Notes under the pieces: model-generated
Seen by the model: only the letters and a program-made list of their open reading frames with translations
Told to the model about the DNA's origin: nothing
The model's database searches: none
Program-made: the position numbers and the translations under genes
Assembly: GCA_030390025.1 (NCBI GenBank)
Contig: CM059449.1
Location: 35,588,001-35,652,000, forward strand
Source of the DNA: Squalus acanthias
Taxonomy: Eukaryota
Direction of reading: 5' to 3'
Length of the DNA: 64,000 bases
Part shown: one piece after another, positions 49,543 to 62,454 of the stretch
Numbering within the stretch: position 1 is the first letter of the stretch
Layout: the number at the start of each line of letters is the position of its first letter

Positions 49543-50611
49543 TATTTTCTAAGTGCCCTGTTTCCACTTCCTTAATAATAGATTCTAGCATTTCCCCCAC
49601 TCCTGATATCAGGCTAACTGGTTGTACTTCCCCGTTTTCTCTCTCCCTCCTCTCTTAAAAAGTGGGATTACATTTGTTACCTACCAATCTGCGGGAACCG
49701 TTCTAGAATCTATGGAGTTTTGGAAAATGACAACCAATGCATCCAGTATCTCTATATCCAACTCTTTCAAAACCCTAGGATGTAGGCCATCAGTTCCAGG
49801 GGATTTATTGGCCTTCAGTCCCTTTAATTTGTCCAATTATATTTTATTACTAATACTAATTTCTTCCAGCTCCTCATTCTCGCTAGACCCTTGGTTCTCC
49901 ACATATTTCCGGGAAGTTTTTTGCGTCTTCTTCCATGAAGACTGACACAACGTATTTGTTTCATTCCTCAGCCATTTCCTTATTCTCCATTATAATTCTC
50001 CTGTCTCATCCTGTAACAGAGTCACATTTACTTTCGCTAATCTTTTCCTTTCTTCATACCTATAGAAGCTTTTACAATCTGTCTTTATGTCTCTCGCTAG
50101 TTTAATCTCATATTTGATTTTCCCTTTCTTTATCTATTTGAAATACGCTCTTTCCCGAATCCTCCCACCCACACCTTCATTAGTTTAATGCCCTGTCTGC
50201 TGCTCTAGTTATTCCGTTCGGCAGGACACTGGTGCAAGCCCGGTTTAAGTGGAGACCGTCCCAAAGGAACGGTTCCCTCTTTCCCCAGTACCGGTGTCAG
50301 TGCCCCATGAACTGCAACCCCTTCCTCCCACATAACTCTTTGAGCCAAGCATTTAAACCTCTAATCTGTTTGTCCCTATGCCAATGTGCGCGTGGCTCAG
50401 GTAATAATCCAGAAATGATTAACTTTGAGGTTCTGCTTTTTAATATTGATCCAAGGTCCTTAAAATCCCTCAGCAGAAGCTCATTCCTTATTCTACCTAT
50501 GTCGTTGTTTACTACATGGACCACGACAACTGGATCCTCCCCCTCGCACTCCAAATTCTTCCCCAGCCGCGAGGAGATATCTTTAACCATGGCACCGGGC
50601 AGGCAACACAA

Positions 50612-51228
50612 TTCTGTGGCAACAAGAGCAGGTCAGAGGCTAGGTATTCCGTGGCGAGTTTCACACCTGCTGACTCCCCAAAGCCTTTCCACCATCTACA
50701 ATGCACAAGTAAGGAGTGTGATTGAATACTCTCCATTTGCCTGAATGAGTGCAGCTCCAACAACACTCAAGAAGCTCGACACCATCCAGGACAAAGCAGC
50801 CCGCTTGATTGGCACCTCATCCACCACCTTAAACATTCACTCCCTCCACCACCGGCGTACCGTGGCTGCAGTGTGTAACATCTACAAGATGCACTGCAGC
50901 AACTCGCCAAGGCTTCTTTGGCAGCACCTCCCAAACCCGCGACCTCTTCCACCTAGAAGTACAAGGCACATGGGAACACCACCACCTCCAAGTTCCCCTC
51001 CAGGTCAAACACCATCCTGACTTAGAAGTATATCGCCGAACCTTCATCGTCGCTGGGTCAAAATCCTGGAATACCCTACCTAGTAGCACTGTGGGAGTAC
51101 CATCACCACACGGACTGCAGCGGTTCAAGAAGGCGGCTCACCACCACCTTCTCAAGGGTAACTAGGGATGGGCAATAAAGGCTGGCATTGCCAGCGACGC
51201 CCTGATCCCATAAAAAATTTTAAAAAAA
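50612..51228 (+). mobile_element. 5'-truncated LINE of the same family as 58074-60750
   Basis: RAGQRLGI..VRSVIEYSP..LDTIQDKAARLIG, then a CTAGGGATGGGCAATAAA tail and an A-rich end. Confidence 0.88.
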
Positions 51229-52489
51229 CCTTCAGAACTTCGGCTGCAGAGAAAAGTATCTATCTACCTGACTATAATGTCCCCTAGCATAACTACATTC
51301 CCTTTCACTCCCCCCACTTGAATGGCCTCCTGCACCACGGTGCCATGGTCAACTTGCTCAGTCAACATGCAGACTTTTCCCTCATCCACACTGGCAGCAA
51401 GAACCTAATACCTTTTGGACCAGGGCAAAGGCTGAGGCTCCTCCAGCACTGTACCTGGGGTTCCCTTACCTGCCTGAATTTCCGTCACACGCTCCTGTCC
51501 CTGACCACTAACCAGACCTGTACCAATACCTAACCTAAGGGGTGTCACTGCCTCATTGATCAAAGCATCCAGGTTACTCTACCCATTTGTGATGTCCCGC
51601 AATGTCTGCACTTCAGACTCCAGCTCAAAAACTCTGAGATGGAGTTTCTCAAGATGTAGGCACTCACTGAAAACGTGGTTGTCCGGGATCAGAATGCTCT
51701 CCACAAACTCCCACATGCTACAGTTGCGGCAAACCACCTGCACTACCATCCCTTTATGACCTTGTTTTCTTTAATTAAATTTAATTAATTGTGTATTTAG
51801 GCAACTTAGTTTACAGTGTAATTTCTTGACTACTTACTTGATCTAGATTAATTTAACTGTACTGCAATTAAATATCTACTTGTAACACAAACCACAAGTA
51901 GTGTAGGCAAAAAGCAACAACTCATTCCCCCTCTTCTCCGAATTCCCACTCTTTCCATAATCCCAAATAAAACACTCTGTTCAAGTCTACTCCGTTTAAT
52001 CCCGCACTGTGTAAGATTCAAAAGCCTCTGATTAATGAAATGTCTGCTCATCTCAGCCCTAAATGGCCGCGCCCTTCTCCTGAACTGTGCCCCTAGTTCT
52101 AGACTCTCCAGCCAGGGGAAACAGCCTCTCGGCATCCAACCTGTCAATCCCCTCAGAACCACTCTTCCTGTGATACCCAGTGTTAGTAACAAGCACGGGC
52201 GAGTCAGGTATATGCCGTTGGATGCAGATTAAAGCTCCCTCCACCACCTCAATAAAGTTCCTCTGCTCCAACCTCGGAGGAGCGCCCCCTCCTGCATCAC
52301 TGTGCAATGTTCTATTCTCTCTGGTTCAAACCACATCCATTTATTCCAACAAGTCACTGTTCAAATTATAGTAATATTAGTTGCTGTGCTTTTATTCTTA
52401 ATGTTAAACTAAATCAAATAATTACTTGCGTGTTTATCTGTAATGCATCACATATGCTGTTAACCAAAAATAAGTACTGTATTAAGTCT

Positions 52490-53243
52490 GGCAATGAAGG
52501 CACACATTGACTGTGGTCATGAATAGTATTCAACTGTAAAAGGTGTACAACATCGTACAGGGTGCAGCCATTGATTGTAAAGTAATTCAAAACTATACAG
52601 GGTGCGCTTTCAGTCAGTGTAAAATCAGTATAAAATCGGTGTGTAATCTTGCGGGGGCGGGGCGGGCGATTCATTGATATAAAACCAGGGCAAAAACATT
52701 CCGGGGGGTGGGGAGGCATTCATAATCACTGCTAAATCATACAAGGAATGAATTTATTAGATTTATGTAATTAAAATAAAATCATACAGGGAATGCATTC
52801 ATTACCTTTAGACAGTAAAAAACATACAGGGACTGCATTCCGTTAGAGTTAAATCAGAATTAAATCACACAGAGAATTCATTTATTAGGCACAAAATCAG
52901 ATCAAAATCACAGAGGGGTGCATTCAGTAAGTGTAAAATCAGAACACAATCACACACACAGTTCATTCAAGTGTAAAAGTAGCGTAAAATCGTACCCGGG
53001 GTGCAGTCATTTGGTATAAAATTAATACAACTTATGCAATGGGCGCTTTGAATTGGCTAAAAATCAGTAATAAATCAGACGGGGACGATTCATTAGGTAT
53101 GGTTTCAGTACAAAGCCTTTCAGAGGCGCTTTCATCAGGTTTGTAATTCAATACAAAACGAGGGAAGGGCGCATTCATTCGGTGTAAATCAACACAATAC
53201 CACAGAGGGGATGCTTCCATTTGATGTAAAATTAGATCAAAAA
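52490..53243. repeat. Highly diverged ~40-42 bp tandem array
   Basis: Recurrent ACAGGG.TGCATTCA....GTAAAATCAG..YAAAATC units. Anchors lie near 52557, 52597, 52786, 52827, 52868, 52909, 52951, 52992, 53035, 53077, 53120, 53160 and 53201. Confidence 0.7.
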
Positions 53244-53324
53244 GGTAGGAGCGAGAGAGAGAAATAAATGAGTGAATAATTCTAGAGTCACAAAAGTCAA
53301 AGAGGAAAACCAGACAGATTTAGT

Positions 53325-53640
53325 AAAAGAGAGGAGAGGAGCGGAATATAAGGAGAGGAGAGAGAAGCGGGGATGAGAGTAGAGGAGAGCAGAGGCGAGG
53401 AGACGAGTGGAGAAGAGAGGGCAGGAGAGCAAAAGAGACGAGAGAGGAAAGTAGAGGAGAGCAGAGGAGAGCGGAATAGAAGAGAGCAGAAAGTAGAGGA
53501 GAGGAGCGAACAGGAGCAATGGGAGGAGAGGAGAGAGGAAAGGAGGAGAGGAGAGGAAAATGGGAGCAGAGGAGAGGAGAGGATAGAGCATGGAGGAAAA
53601 GGAGAGCGCATGGAGTGAAAGGAGAGAGAGGGCTGATGTA
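53325..53640. repeat. Polypurine (GAGAG)n low-complexity tract
   Basis: Strongly A/G-biased plus strand. It explains the L/S/P-rich and E/R-rich ORFs here. Confidence 0.92.
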
Positions 53641-54329
53641 AATGACTGGAAAGGAAAGAGATAAAGTGAACAGAAGTGAATAAGATGTAAATTGCGTGGA
53701 TCACAGATTCCAGTGAATACGGAGTTAGATTTTGCTGGACCTGCTCCAGTGTCTTTAGGATCACCTGGGCCCAGCCAATCCAAATCTGCCACCAATTCCA
53801 GATTGTCACCTGCTCCAAACCTGTTGAAACCCGCCGATTTGCTGCCAACTCCGCCTCTGTTACAACATCCAGATCCGCCACCAGAACTTTTCTTACAGCA
53901 CCTCATAGGCTTTTAGTGTAACCTGGCATCTGGAAGTGAAAGAGAGATCGGAGATATATCAGCAGCATTATACGAAGCGACAGATTGTTAAGTATTCAAT
54001 GTGTCTGATGTTACAATTGTTAATTAGCTGTTTCAATATCATGATTGGAAACTGTGCAGTCACTTGTTCATGTTGGTGGTGACCTATTCTGCCTTGTCTT
54101 CTGGCTGCTTATAGTGAGCGCCCCCTCGGGGATATGGTTAGTGTTACAATGACAAGTCCAATCCACACCTCCTAGTATCTGCTGTGAGGTGCAGGTCTCT
54201 CGATATAGTGAGAAGATGTGGACCGGGCTTCTGGCGTTCTAATCTAAACCTAGAAATTCGTCTCGAGCAGCGGCGAAAAACGGGTGGTGTCGGATCGAAC
54301 GCCCGTTTTTTGCAGCGCCTGATATTACA

Positions 54330-56966
54330 GTCATAGTATCATAGAATGGTTACAGCACGGAAGATGGCCATTCGGCCCGTCGAGCCCGTGCCGACTCTCA
54401 GCTAGTCCCACTCCCCTGCCCTTTCCCCGTAGCCCTGCATTGTTTCCTTCAGATACTTATCCAACTCACTTTTGAAAGATAAAATTGAGTCTGCCTCCAC
54501 CACCCTTTCAGGGAGTGCATTCCAGATTTTAACCACTCGCTGCGTAAATAAGCTCTTTCTTCCATCGACTTTGGTTCTTTTGCCAATCACCTTAAATCTG
54601 TGTCCTTTGGTTCTCGACCCTTCTGCCAATGGGAACAGTTTCTCTCTATCTACACTGTCCAGGTCCCTCATGATTTTGAACACCTCTATCAAATCTCCTC
54701 TTAAACTTCTCTGCTCCAAGGAGAACAACCCCAGCTTCTCCAGTCTATCAACGTAACTGAAGTCCCTCATTCCTAGTATATTTTCTGCCTTTTTAACTGC
54801 TTTCTCAACCTGCCCTGCCACCTTCAACGATTTATGCACACAGCCCCGCAGGTCTCTCTGTTTGTACACCACCTTTAGGATTGTACCATTTAGTTTATAT
54901 GTCCTCTCCTCATTCTTTCTAACAAAATGCATCACTTCACACTTTTCTGCGTTAACTTTCATCTGCCACATATCCACCCACTCCACCAGCCTGTCTATAT
55001 CATCCTGAAGTCTATCACTCTCCTCGTCACTGTTCACTGTACTTCCAAGTTTTGTATCAAATGCAAATTTTGAAATTGTGCCCTGCACACCCACGTCCAA
55101 GTCATTAATATATATCAAAAAAAGCAGTGGTCTTAGAATCGACCCCTGGGGAACACCACTGTATACCTTCCACCAGTCCGATAAACAACCGTTCACCACT
55201 ACTCTCTGTTTCCTGTCACTTTGCCAATTTCTTATCCATGCTGCCGCTGTCCCTTTCAGTCCATGGGCTTCAATTTTGCTGGCAAGCCTATTTCGTTGCA
55301 TTTTGTAGAACGCCTTTTGGAAATCCATGTACATTAGGTCAACCACATTACCCTCATCAACCATCTCTGTTACCTCAGCAAAAAACTCGATCAAGTTGGT
55401 TAAATACGATTTGCCTTTAACAAATCCGTGCTGGCTTTCCTTAATTAATCCACCCCTATACAAGTGATTTGATTTTGTCCCTGATTTCTGTTTCTGAAAG
55501 CCTCCACACTACCGCGGTTAAATTGACAGGCCTCTCGTTGCTGGGTTTAACTTTACACCCTTTTTTGAACAATGGTGTAATATTTGCAATTCTCCTGTCC
55601 TCTTGCACCACCCCCGTATCTATGGAGGATTGGAATATTATGACCAGTACCTCTGCGATTTCCACCCTGAATTTCTTCAGCATCCTAGGATGCACCCCAT
55701 CTGCTCCTGGTGATTTATCTACTTTAAGTACAGCCATCCTTTATAATACCTCTTCTTTATCAATTTTCATCCTATCAAGTGTCTCTACTACCTCCTCCTT
55801 CACAATGTCTATGGCAGCATCCTCTTCCTTGGTAAAGACAGATGCAAAGTAATCATTTAGTACCTCAGCCATGCCCTCTGCCTCCATGTGTAGGTCTCCT
55901 TTTTGGTCCCTAATACCTTACTATTTCTTACTTCGGTGCTCTCTGCCTCTCCCCATCCTTTGATCACTTTATTTCCGCTTTCTAATGTTACATCCCGGTG
56001 CCCATCTCGCTGCCAAATTAGTTTAACCCCCCCCCCCACCCCAACAGCACTAGCAAATCTCCCCGCAAGGATGCTGGTCCCGGCCTTGTGGAGGTGCAAC
56101 ACGTCTGGCCTGCACAGGTCCCACCTCCCACAGAACCGGTCCCAATGCCCCAGGAATCTGAAGCCCTCCCTTATGCACCAACTCTCCAGCCACACATTCA
56201 TCTGCTCTATCCTCCTATGTGTATACTCACTCGCACCTGGCACCAGGAGTAATCCGGAGATTACTACCTTTGAGGTCCTGCTTTTTAATCTCTTTCCCAG
56301 CTTCCTAAAATCTACCTGTTGGACCTCATCCCTCTTTCTACCCATGTCGTTGGTACCAATATGGACCACGACCTCTGGCTGTTCATCCTCCCCCCTCAGA
56401 ATGTTCTGCAGCCGCTCAGTGGCATTTTAACCCTAGCACCAGGGAGGCAACACAAAATCCTAGAGTCACGTCTGCGGCCGCAGAAACGCCTGTCTGCTCC
56501 TCTAACTATCGAATCCCCTGCCACTATTGCTCTCCCACTCTTCTTCCGCACCCTCTGTACAGCTGAGCCACCCGTGGTGCCGCGGACATGGCTCTGGCTG
56601 TACTACCCAGAGGAACCAATGCCCTCACCAGTACTCTGAACAGAATACTGGTTGGAGAGCGAGATGCACTCAGGGGACTCCTACACTACCTGTCCTGGTC
56701 CTGCTTTTCGCTCTGGCGGTCACCCAATACTCCTTAGCTGCGGAATGACGACCTCCTGAAATGTGCTATCCAAGTAGTTCTCAGCCTCGTGGATGCACCG
56801 GAGTGACGCCAGCTGCTGTTCAAGGTCCGAAACCCGGAGCTCGAGCTCCTCCAGCTGACGGCAACTTCTGCACACGTGGTTGTCCAGGACACAGGAAACG
56901 TCCTGGATTGCCCACATGGCACTGGATGTGCACTCTGTGGGACTGAGCTGCCCTGCCATGCCTCCA
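54330..56966 (-). mobile_element. CR1 LINE with ORF1 (zinc finger/leucine zipper plus esterase) and RT; endonuclease region deleted
   Basis: 56720-56959 CRSCRQLEELELRVSDLEQQLASL; 55857-56369 VHIGTNDMG; 55456-55737 KSPGADGVHPRMLK; 54402-55463 RT motifs. ORF1 joins the RT-upstream region directly at about 55920-55960. Confidence 0.92.
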
Positions 56967-58073
56967 TTTAATAGGCTATTAACTAGCTTTACAGAAACTT
57001 AAGACTAAGATGTATCTAATTTAAATTAATATAACATGGTATTACAGTTATTAATTTAATATAGTATTAACAGTTACTAATTAAATATAGTATTAACAGT
57101 TACCAACCTCAAAGTTTCTGTTTTATCTCAAACCAGTTATTTAAACACGGACCCTGGAAGAGCAAGAAAAAAAAACAAAGTGACCTTTACCAACCATTCA
57201 GTTACCAGCTGTCCAATGACGTCAATGGAACTGAATGTCAGGCGCTGCGTATAACGGGCGGCCGATTCGCTACCGCCCATTCTGTGCCACCAACTGAGAT
57301 GAATTTCTCGGCCTGAATGTATGCAAAGGAGGAAATGGGCAAGGGCCGATGGCACACACAAACAATAATTTTAAAGGGAGCCCAGCTCCAGTACTTAATA
57401 CCCCAGAGCTCCAGAGTGATAGAGGTGGGCTGCAGGAGGCTGACCCTGCTAGGAAAGTTGGAGCTATGGTAAACATCGTTAATAGAAGGGAGGATCTCCT
57501 TCATAGCAGCTGTTGAGTCCTACTTTTTAAGCCTAGATACCAGAAACATCACTAAAACAGATTGTCTGTTCATTATCGCATTGCTGTTCGTGGGAACTTG
57601 CTGTGCGCAAATTGGCTGCCGTGTTTCCTACATTATAACAGTGACTACACTTCAAAAGTACTTAATTGGCTGTAAAGATTTTTGGGACGTCCTGAGGTCG
57701 TGAATGGCGATATATAAATGCAAGTCTTTCGTTCTTTGTAACTCGAGAAAGAGAGGAATAATAGGGAGTAGGGAGACAGAGGGATAGAAGTGAAGGAGAA
57801 ATAAATGCTGGTAGAGGTGAAAGAGAGGTGAAGGGAAAGAAAAAGACAGGTGAATGAGAAGAGATGAAAGAGGCAAAGAGAACAGAAGTGAAGGCGGTGT
57901 AAATATCACGGTTCAAGGATTACAAGAAATACTGGTGTAGATTTACCTCATGCTGTGCCTGTAGTATAGCAAAATATAGTTAAATGCCATGTTAAAACTG
58001 AAAAGAAGAGAGAACAGTCAAAGATAAAGATACAAACTGGGCAAAGTTAGTTTCAATTAGTAAAAGTGAACCT

Positions 58074-60750
58074 TTTTTTATTCGGTTACGGGATGTGGGC
58101 GGCGTTGGCAAGGCCAGCATTTGTTGCCCATCCCTAAATGCCCTTGAGAAGGTGGTGGTGAGCCGCCTTCTTGAACCGCTGCAGTCCGCGTGGTGAAGGT
58201 ACTCCTACAGTGCTATTAGGTAGGGAAGGTTTTCCAGGATTTTGACCCAGCGACGATGAAGGATCGGCGATATACTTCTAAGTCAAGATGGTGTGTTTCT
58301 TGGAGCAGAACTTGGAGTTGGTGGTCTTCCCATGTGCCTGCTGCCCTTGTCCTGCATTTGGGAGGTGCTGCCGAAGAAGTCTTGGCGAGTTGCTGCAATG
58401 CATCTTGTAGATGGTACACACTGCAGCCACGGTACGCCAGTGAATGTTTAAGGTGGTGGATGGGGTGCCAATCAAGCGGGCTGCTTTGTCCTGGATGGTG
58501 TCGAGCTTCTTGAGTGTTGGTGGAGCTGTACTCATCCAGGCAAGTGGAGAGTATTCCATCACACTTCTTACTTTTGCCTTGTAGATGGAGGAAAGGCTTT
58601 GGGGAGTCATGAGGTGAGACACTCGCTGCAGAATACCTAGCCTCTGACCTGCTCTTCTTGTCACAGTATTTATGTGGCTTGTCCAGTTAAGTTGCTGGTC
58701 AATGGTGACCCCCAGGATGTTGATGGTGAGGGATTCGGCGATGGTAATGCCATTGAATGTCAAGGGGCTGTGGTTCGACTCTCGCTTGTTGGAGATAGTC
58801 ATTGCCTGGCACTTCTGTGGCGCGAATGTTACCTGCCACATATCAGCCCAAGCTTGAACGTCGTCCAGGTCTTGTTGCATGCGGGCATGGAATGCTTCAT
58901 TATCTGAGGAGTTGTGAATGGTGCTGAACACGGTGCAGTCATCAGCGTACATCTCCATTTCTGACATTATGTTGGAGGGTAGGTAATTGATGAAGCAGCT
59001 GAAGATGGTTGGGCCTAGGACACTGCCCGGCGGAACTCCTGCAGCGATGTCCTGAGGCTGTGATGATTGACCTTCCACCACGATCTTCCTTTGTGGTAGA
59101 TATGACTCTAGCCAATGGAGAGATTTCCCCCCGATTCCCATTGACTTCAGTTTTACACGGGCACCTTCCTGCCACACTCGGAGAAATGCTGCTTTGATGT
59201 CAAGGGCAGTCACTCTCACCTCACCTCTGGAATTCAACACCTTTATCCATATTTGGACCAAGGCTGTAATGAGGTCGGGAGCCGAGAAGTCTTGGCGGAA
59301 ACGAATAAGGCATCAGTGAGCAGGTTATTGCCGATGAGACTTTCCATCACTTTGCTGATGATTAAAAGTAGACTGATCGTATGGTAATTGGCCGGATTGG
59401 GTTTGCCCTGCTTTTTGTGGACAGGACATGCCTGGGCATTTTCCACATTGTCGGATAGATGCCAGTGTTGTAGCTGTACTGGAACAGCTTGGCTAGAGGC
59501 TCGGCTAGTTCTGGAGCACAAGTGTTCAGTACCATAGGCGGGATGTTGTCGGGGCCCATAGCCTTTGCCGTATCCAGTGCGCTCAGTTATTTCTTGATAT
59601 CACGTGGAGTGAATCGAATTAGCTGAAGACTGGCTTCTGTGATGATGGGGACCTCAGGAGTAGGCCGATATGGATCAGCCACTCGGCACTTCTGGCTGAA
59701 GATGGTTGCAAACGCTTCAAACTTGACTTTTGCACTCACGTCCTGGACTCCACCATTATTGAGGATGGGAATATTCTTGGGACCTCCTCCCCCGTTAGTT
59801 GCTTAATGATCCACCACCATTCATGACTGGATGTGGCAGGACTGCAGAGCTTTAATCTGATCCGTTGATTGTGGGATCGCTTAGCCCTGTCTATAGCATG
59901 CTGCTTCCGCTTTTTAACATGCTTGTAGTCCTAGTTGAAGCTTCCCCAGGTTGGCCCCTCCTTTTTAGGTACGCCTGGTGCTGCTCCTGGCATGCTCTTC
60001 TACATTCCTTACTGAACCAGGGGTTGGTCCCCTGGCTTGATGGTAATGGTAGAGTGAGAGATTTGCCAGGCCATGAGGTTACAGATTGTGGTGGAATACA
60101 TTTGTGCTGCTGCTGATGGCCCACAGCACCTCATGGATGGCCAGTTTTGAACTGCTAGATCTGTTCTAAATATATCCCATTTATCACGGTGGTAGTGCCA
60201 CACATGGAGGGTGTTCACAGTGAGAAGACGGGACTTCGTCTCCACAATGACTGTGCGGTGGTCACTGCTATCAATACTGTCATGGACAGATGCATCTGCG
60301 ACAGGTAGATTGGTGAGGACGAGATCAAGTAGGTTTTTCCCTCGTGTTGGTTCTCTCACCACCTGTCGCAGGCCCAGACTGGCAGCTATATCCTTCAGGA
60401 ATCTGCCAGCTCGGTCAGTAGTGGTGCTACCGAGCCACTCTTAGTGATGGACATTGAAGTCCCCACCAATAGTATATTCTGTGCCGTTGCTACTCTCAGT
60501 GCTTCTTCCAAGTGGTGTTCAGCATGGGGGAGTACTGATTCATCAGCTGTGGGAGGGCGGTAGGTGGAAATCAGCAGGATGTTTCCTTGCCCATGCTTGA
60601 CCTGAAACCATGAGACTTCATTGGGTCTGGAGTCAATGTTGAGGAATCCCAGGGTCACTCCTTCCCGACTGTATACCACTGGGCCGCCACCCCTGGTGGG
60701 TCTGTCCTGCCGGTGGGACTGGACATACCCAGGGATGGTGATGGAGGAGT
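58074..60750 (-). mobile_element. CR1/L2-group LINE ORF2 (APE endonuclease plus RT), decayed
   Basis: LISTYRPP, PTRGKNLLDLVLTN, MGPDNIP, ALDIKAAF, GSVLGP, YADD, KCQAMTI, with the 3' tail at 58074-58150. Confidence 0.9.
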
Positions 60751-61540
60751 TTGATGGGATGCCAGAAAATGTGGAATGAAAGCTTTACAATAAGGCAATG
60801 CAGAGACAGTGGGCATCATTCAAACAGCGGAATATTAATCTACAGCCTAGACATATTCCCACAAGTAAAGGTAGCTCACCAAAAGCTGGAATTCCTAGAA
60901 TGAGAATTGAAATAAAAATTAAGATGAGAGTTAAAAAAGCAAGTGACATTTCGAATGTAAAAGGAAATCAAACTGAAAAAAAACAGACCGGAAAAGAAAA
61001 GATTCGAACTGGTAATAAGAAGTCTGAAGGAAGACTGGCAGGTAAATAGTAAAGGTTCTTAGGAACAGATTAAAAAAACAAAATAATAGTTAAATAAAGG
61101 GAAGGATTCATTAAATGAGCAAGGAAATAATCTTCTAGAGGAAGAAAGAATGTTAGAGATATAACAGAAACCAATATTCAGCCCCAATTTTCACCAAGGA
61201 ATGCGATAGAGGGAGTGAAAGGATATAAGAGGAGGACATGGGTCGATTAGATTGGTCGTGTGACAGCTTCTGGAACCAGAAAACAGGACAATATTGAGCA
61301 AATCCTGAAAGTTGTGGGCTAGTTAAGGAGAAGAAAAATCAATCTGTAAAAAGCAAGCGCTGTCAGCCAAATTTATAGTTATTTGAGGAAAAGCAAGAGG
61401 CACATTTACTTTGACAGTCCTGTGTGTATTAATGAGTTATCACCTCTGTGAAGTTAGTGCACACAGGAATGTAGGGCAAATAGGTTAAAGTTCATCAGAG
61501 AGTGTCTCCGATCAGGAGTTCCACCCTTCTAATAGTCAAG

Positions 61541-61680
61541 AATCATTGTAGTAAAAGCAGCTGCCTGATCTGTTTGTTTAAAAGACCGTAAGTAATGTCA
61601 GTTATTGTGTAACCTAATTGTCTCACTTGAGATTTCTCTGAGATATAAATAAAGGATTGGATTGAAGCGGCTTCATCTTC
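61541..61680 (+). promoter_or_regulatory. Proximal promoter of GPCR gene B (TAATTG, O/E-like site, TATA)
   Basis: TAATTG 61615-61620; TCTCTGAGA 61635-61643 (reverse complement TCTCAGAGA fits YYYCARRRR); TATAAAT 61644-61650. Alignable with promoter A. Confidence 0.62.
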
Positions 61681-61731
61681 TTGTCAAACTGAGCTGTTGC
61701 CTCCAGCACCGGCTTCGTGTGACTCAAAGAG

Positions 61732-61801
61732 ATGGATCGACCAATCCTTGCCCAGATTGAAGCGGTTTACTACCCGATTCTCGCAGTGTTTGGTGTTCCT
61801 G
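61732..61801 (+). CDS. GPR139-like class A GPCR gene B, exon 1 (MDRPILAQIEAVYYPILAVFGVP)
   Basis: GAGATGG Kozak context, 70 nt, phase-1 donor CTG|GTAAGT. The YY...G.P|AN junction in TM1 is typical of GPR139/142-type genes. Confidence 0.92.
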
Positions 61802-62454
61802 GTAAGTCATTACCATCAGTTGTCAATGTCACTCGGGGTTTACCTGTATCACTGCTCTAGTTGATTCTGTGAGCTGTTTGTTTTCACGGGCTTGTTTGTA
61901 CTGAGATCAATTAAATGTCACCACTTCTACTGAAACCTTAACGCAATAACGTCACAGAAATTCACAGGGAAGTTACAATTGTCTCTGCAGTTTCAGCACC
62001 AACAATTTTAACAACTTTCACCACAGTCTCGCAGTACTGGGGGTGGAATAGGTCTTCGGCAGCAGCTCGAGACCGGCTCATAGCGAATCCGAACCTGTTT
62101 CACTCCGCGCACAATTTTTTCCCATTGAAATAAAAAGTAAAGTATTTCGGGCACGGTCTGAATGTGCTGCCAATTCACTATCGTCAGTTTTGCGCTACCG
62201 TCCGATACAAATTTCACCCACAGAGTCAGAACAGAAGAAACTGGCAGGGAGAGAGAGAGAGAGAGAGAAATAGAGAGCGACAGAGTCAGAAATATAAAAA
62301 TAGTTTAAAGAAAAGAGAGAGAAAAGGAAAGTCAGAGAGACAGAGGGTAAACTGAACTCTGCTCGCCAGGTGTAAAACCGGGGCTCGCGAGCTGACAGCT
62401 TGTTTGAAAACTCGCTGGATTATTTTTCCATTTACTTCAAAGGACTTTGGTTTT

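Larger units (their letters stand above)
47478..51755 (-). mobile_element. CR1 LINE (ORF1 SGNH-esterase region plus RT), interrupted by a MITE (48777-49542) and another LINE (50612-51228)
   Basis: ORF1: CLPGAMVKDI..VVVVHVVNNDIG..IISGLLP. ORF2: QHGFMKGKSCLTNL, YLDFQK, PQGSVLGP. Confidence 0.88.

Noticed and set aside
53232-53916. Overlapping long ORFs (224, 194, 81 and 74 aa)
   Set aside because: Largely driven by the stop-poor (GAGAG)n tract. The unique part shows no recognisable domain or splice structure.
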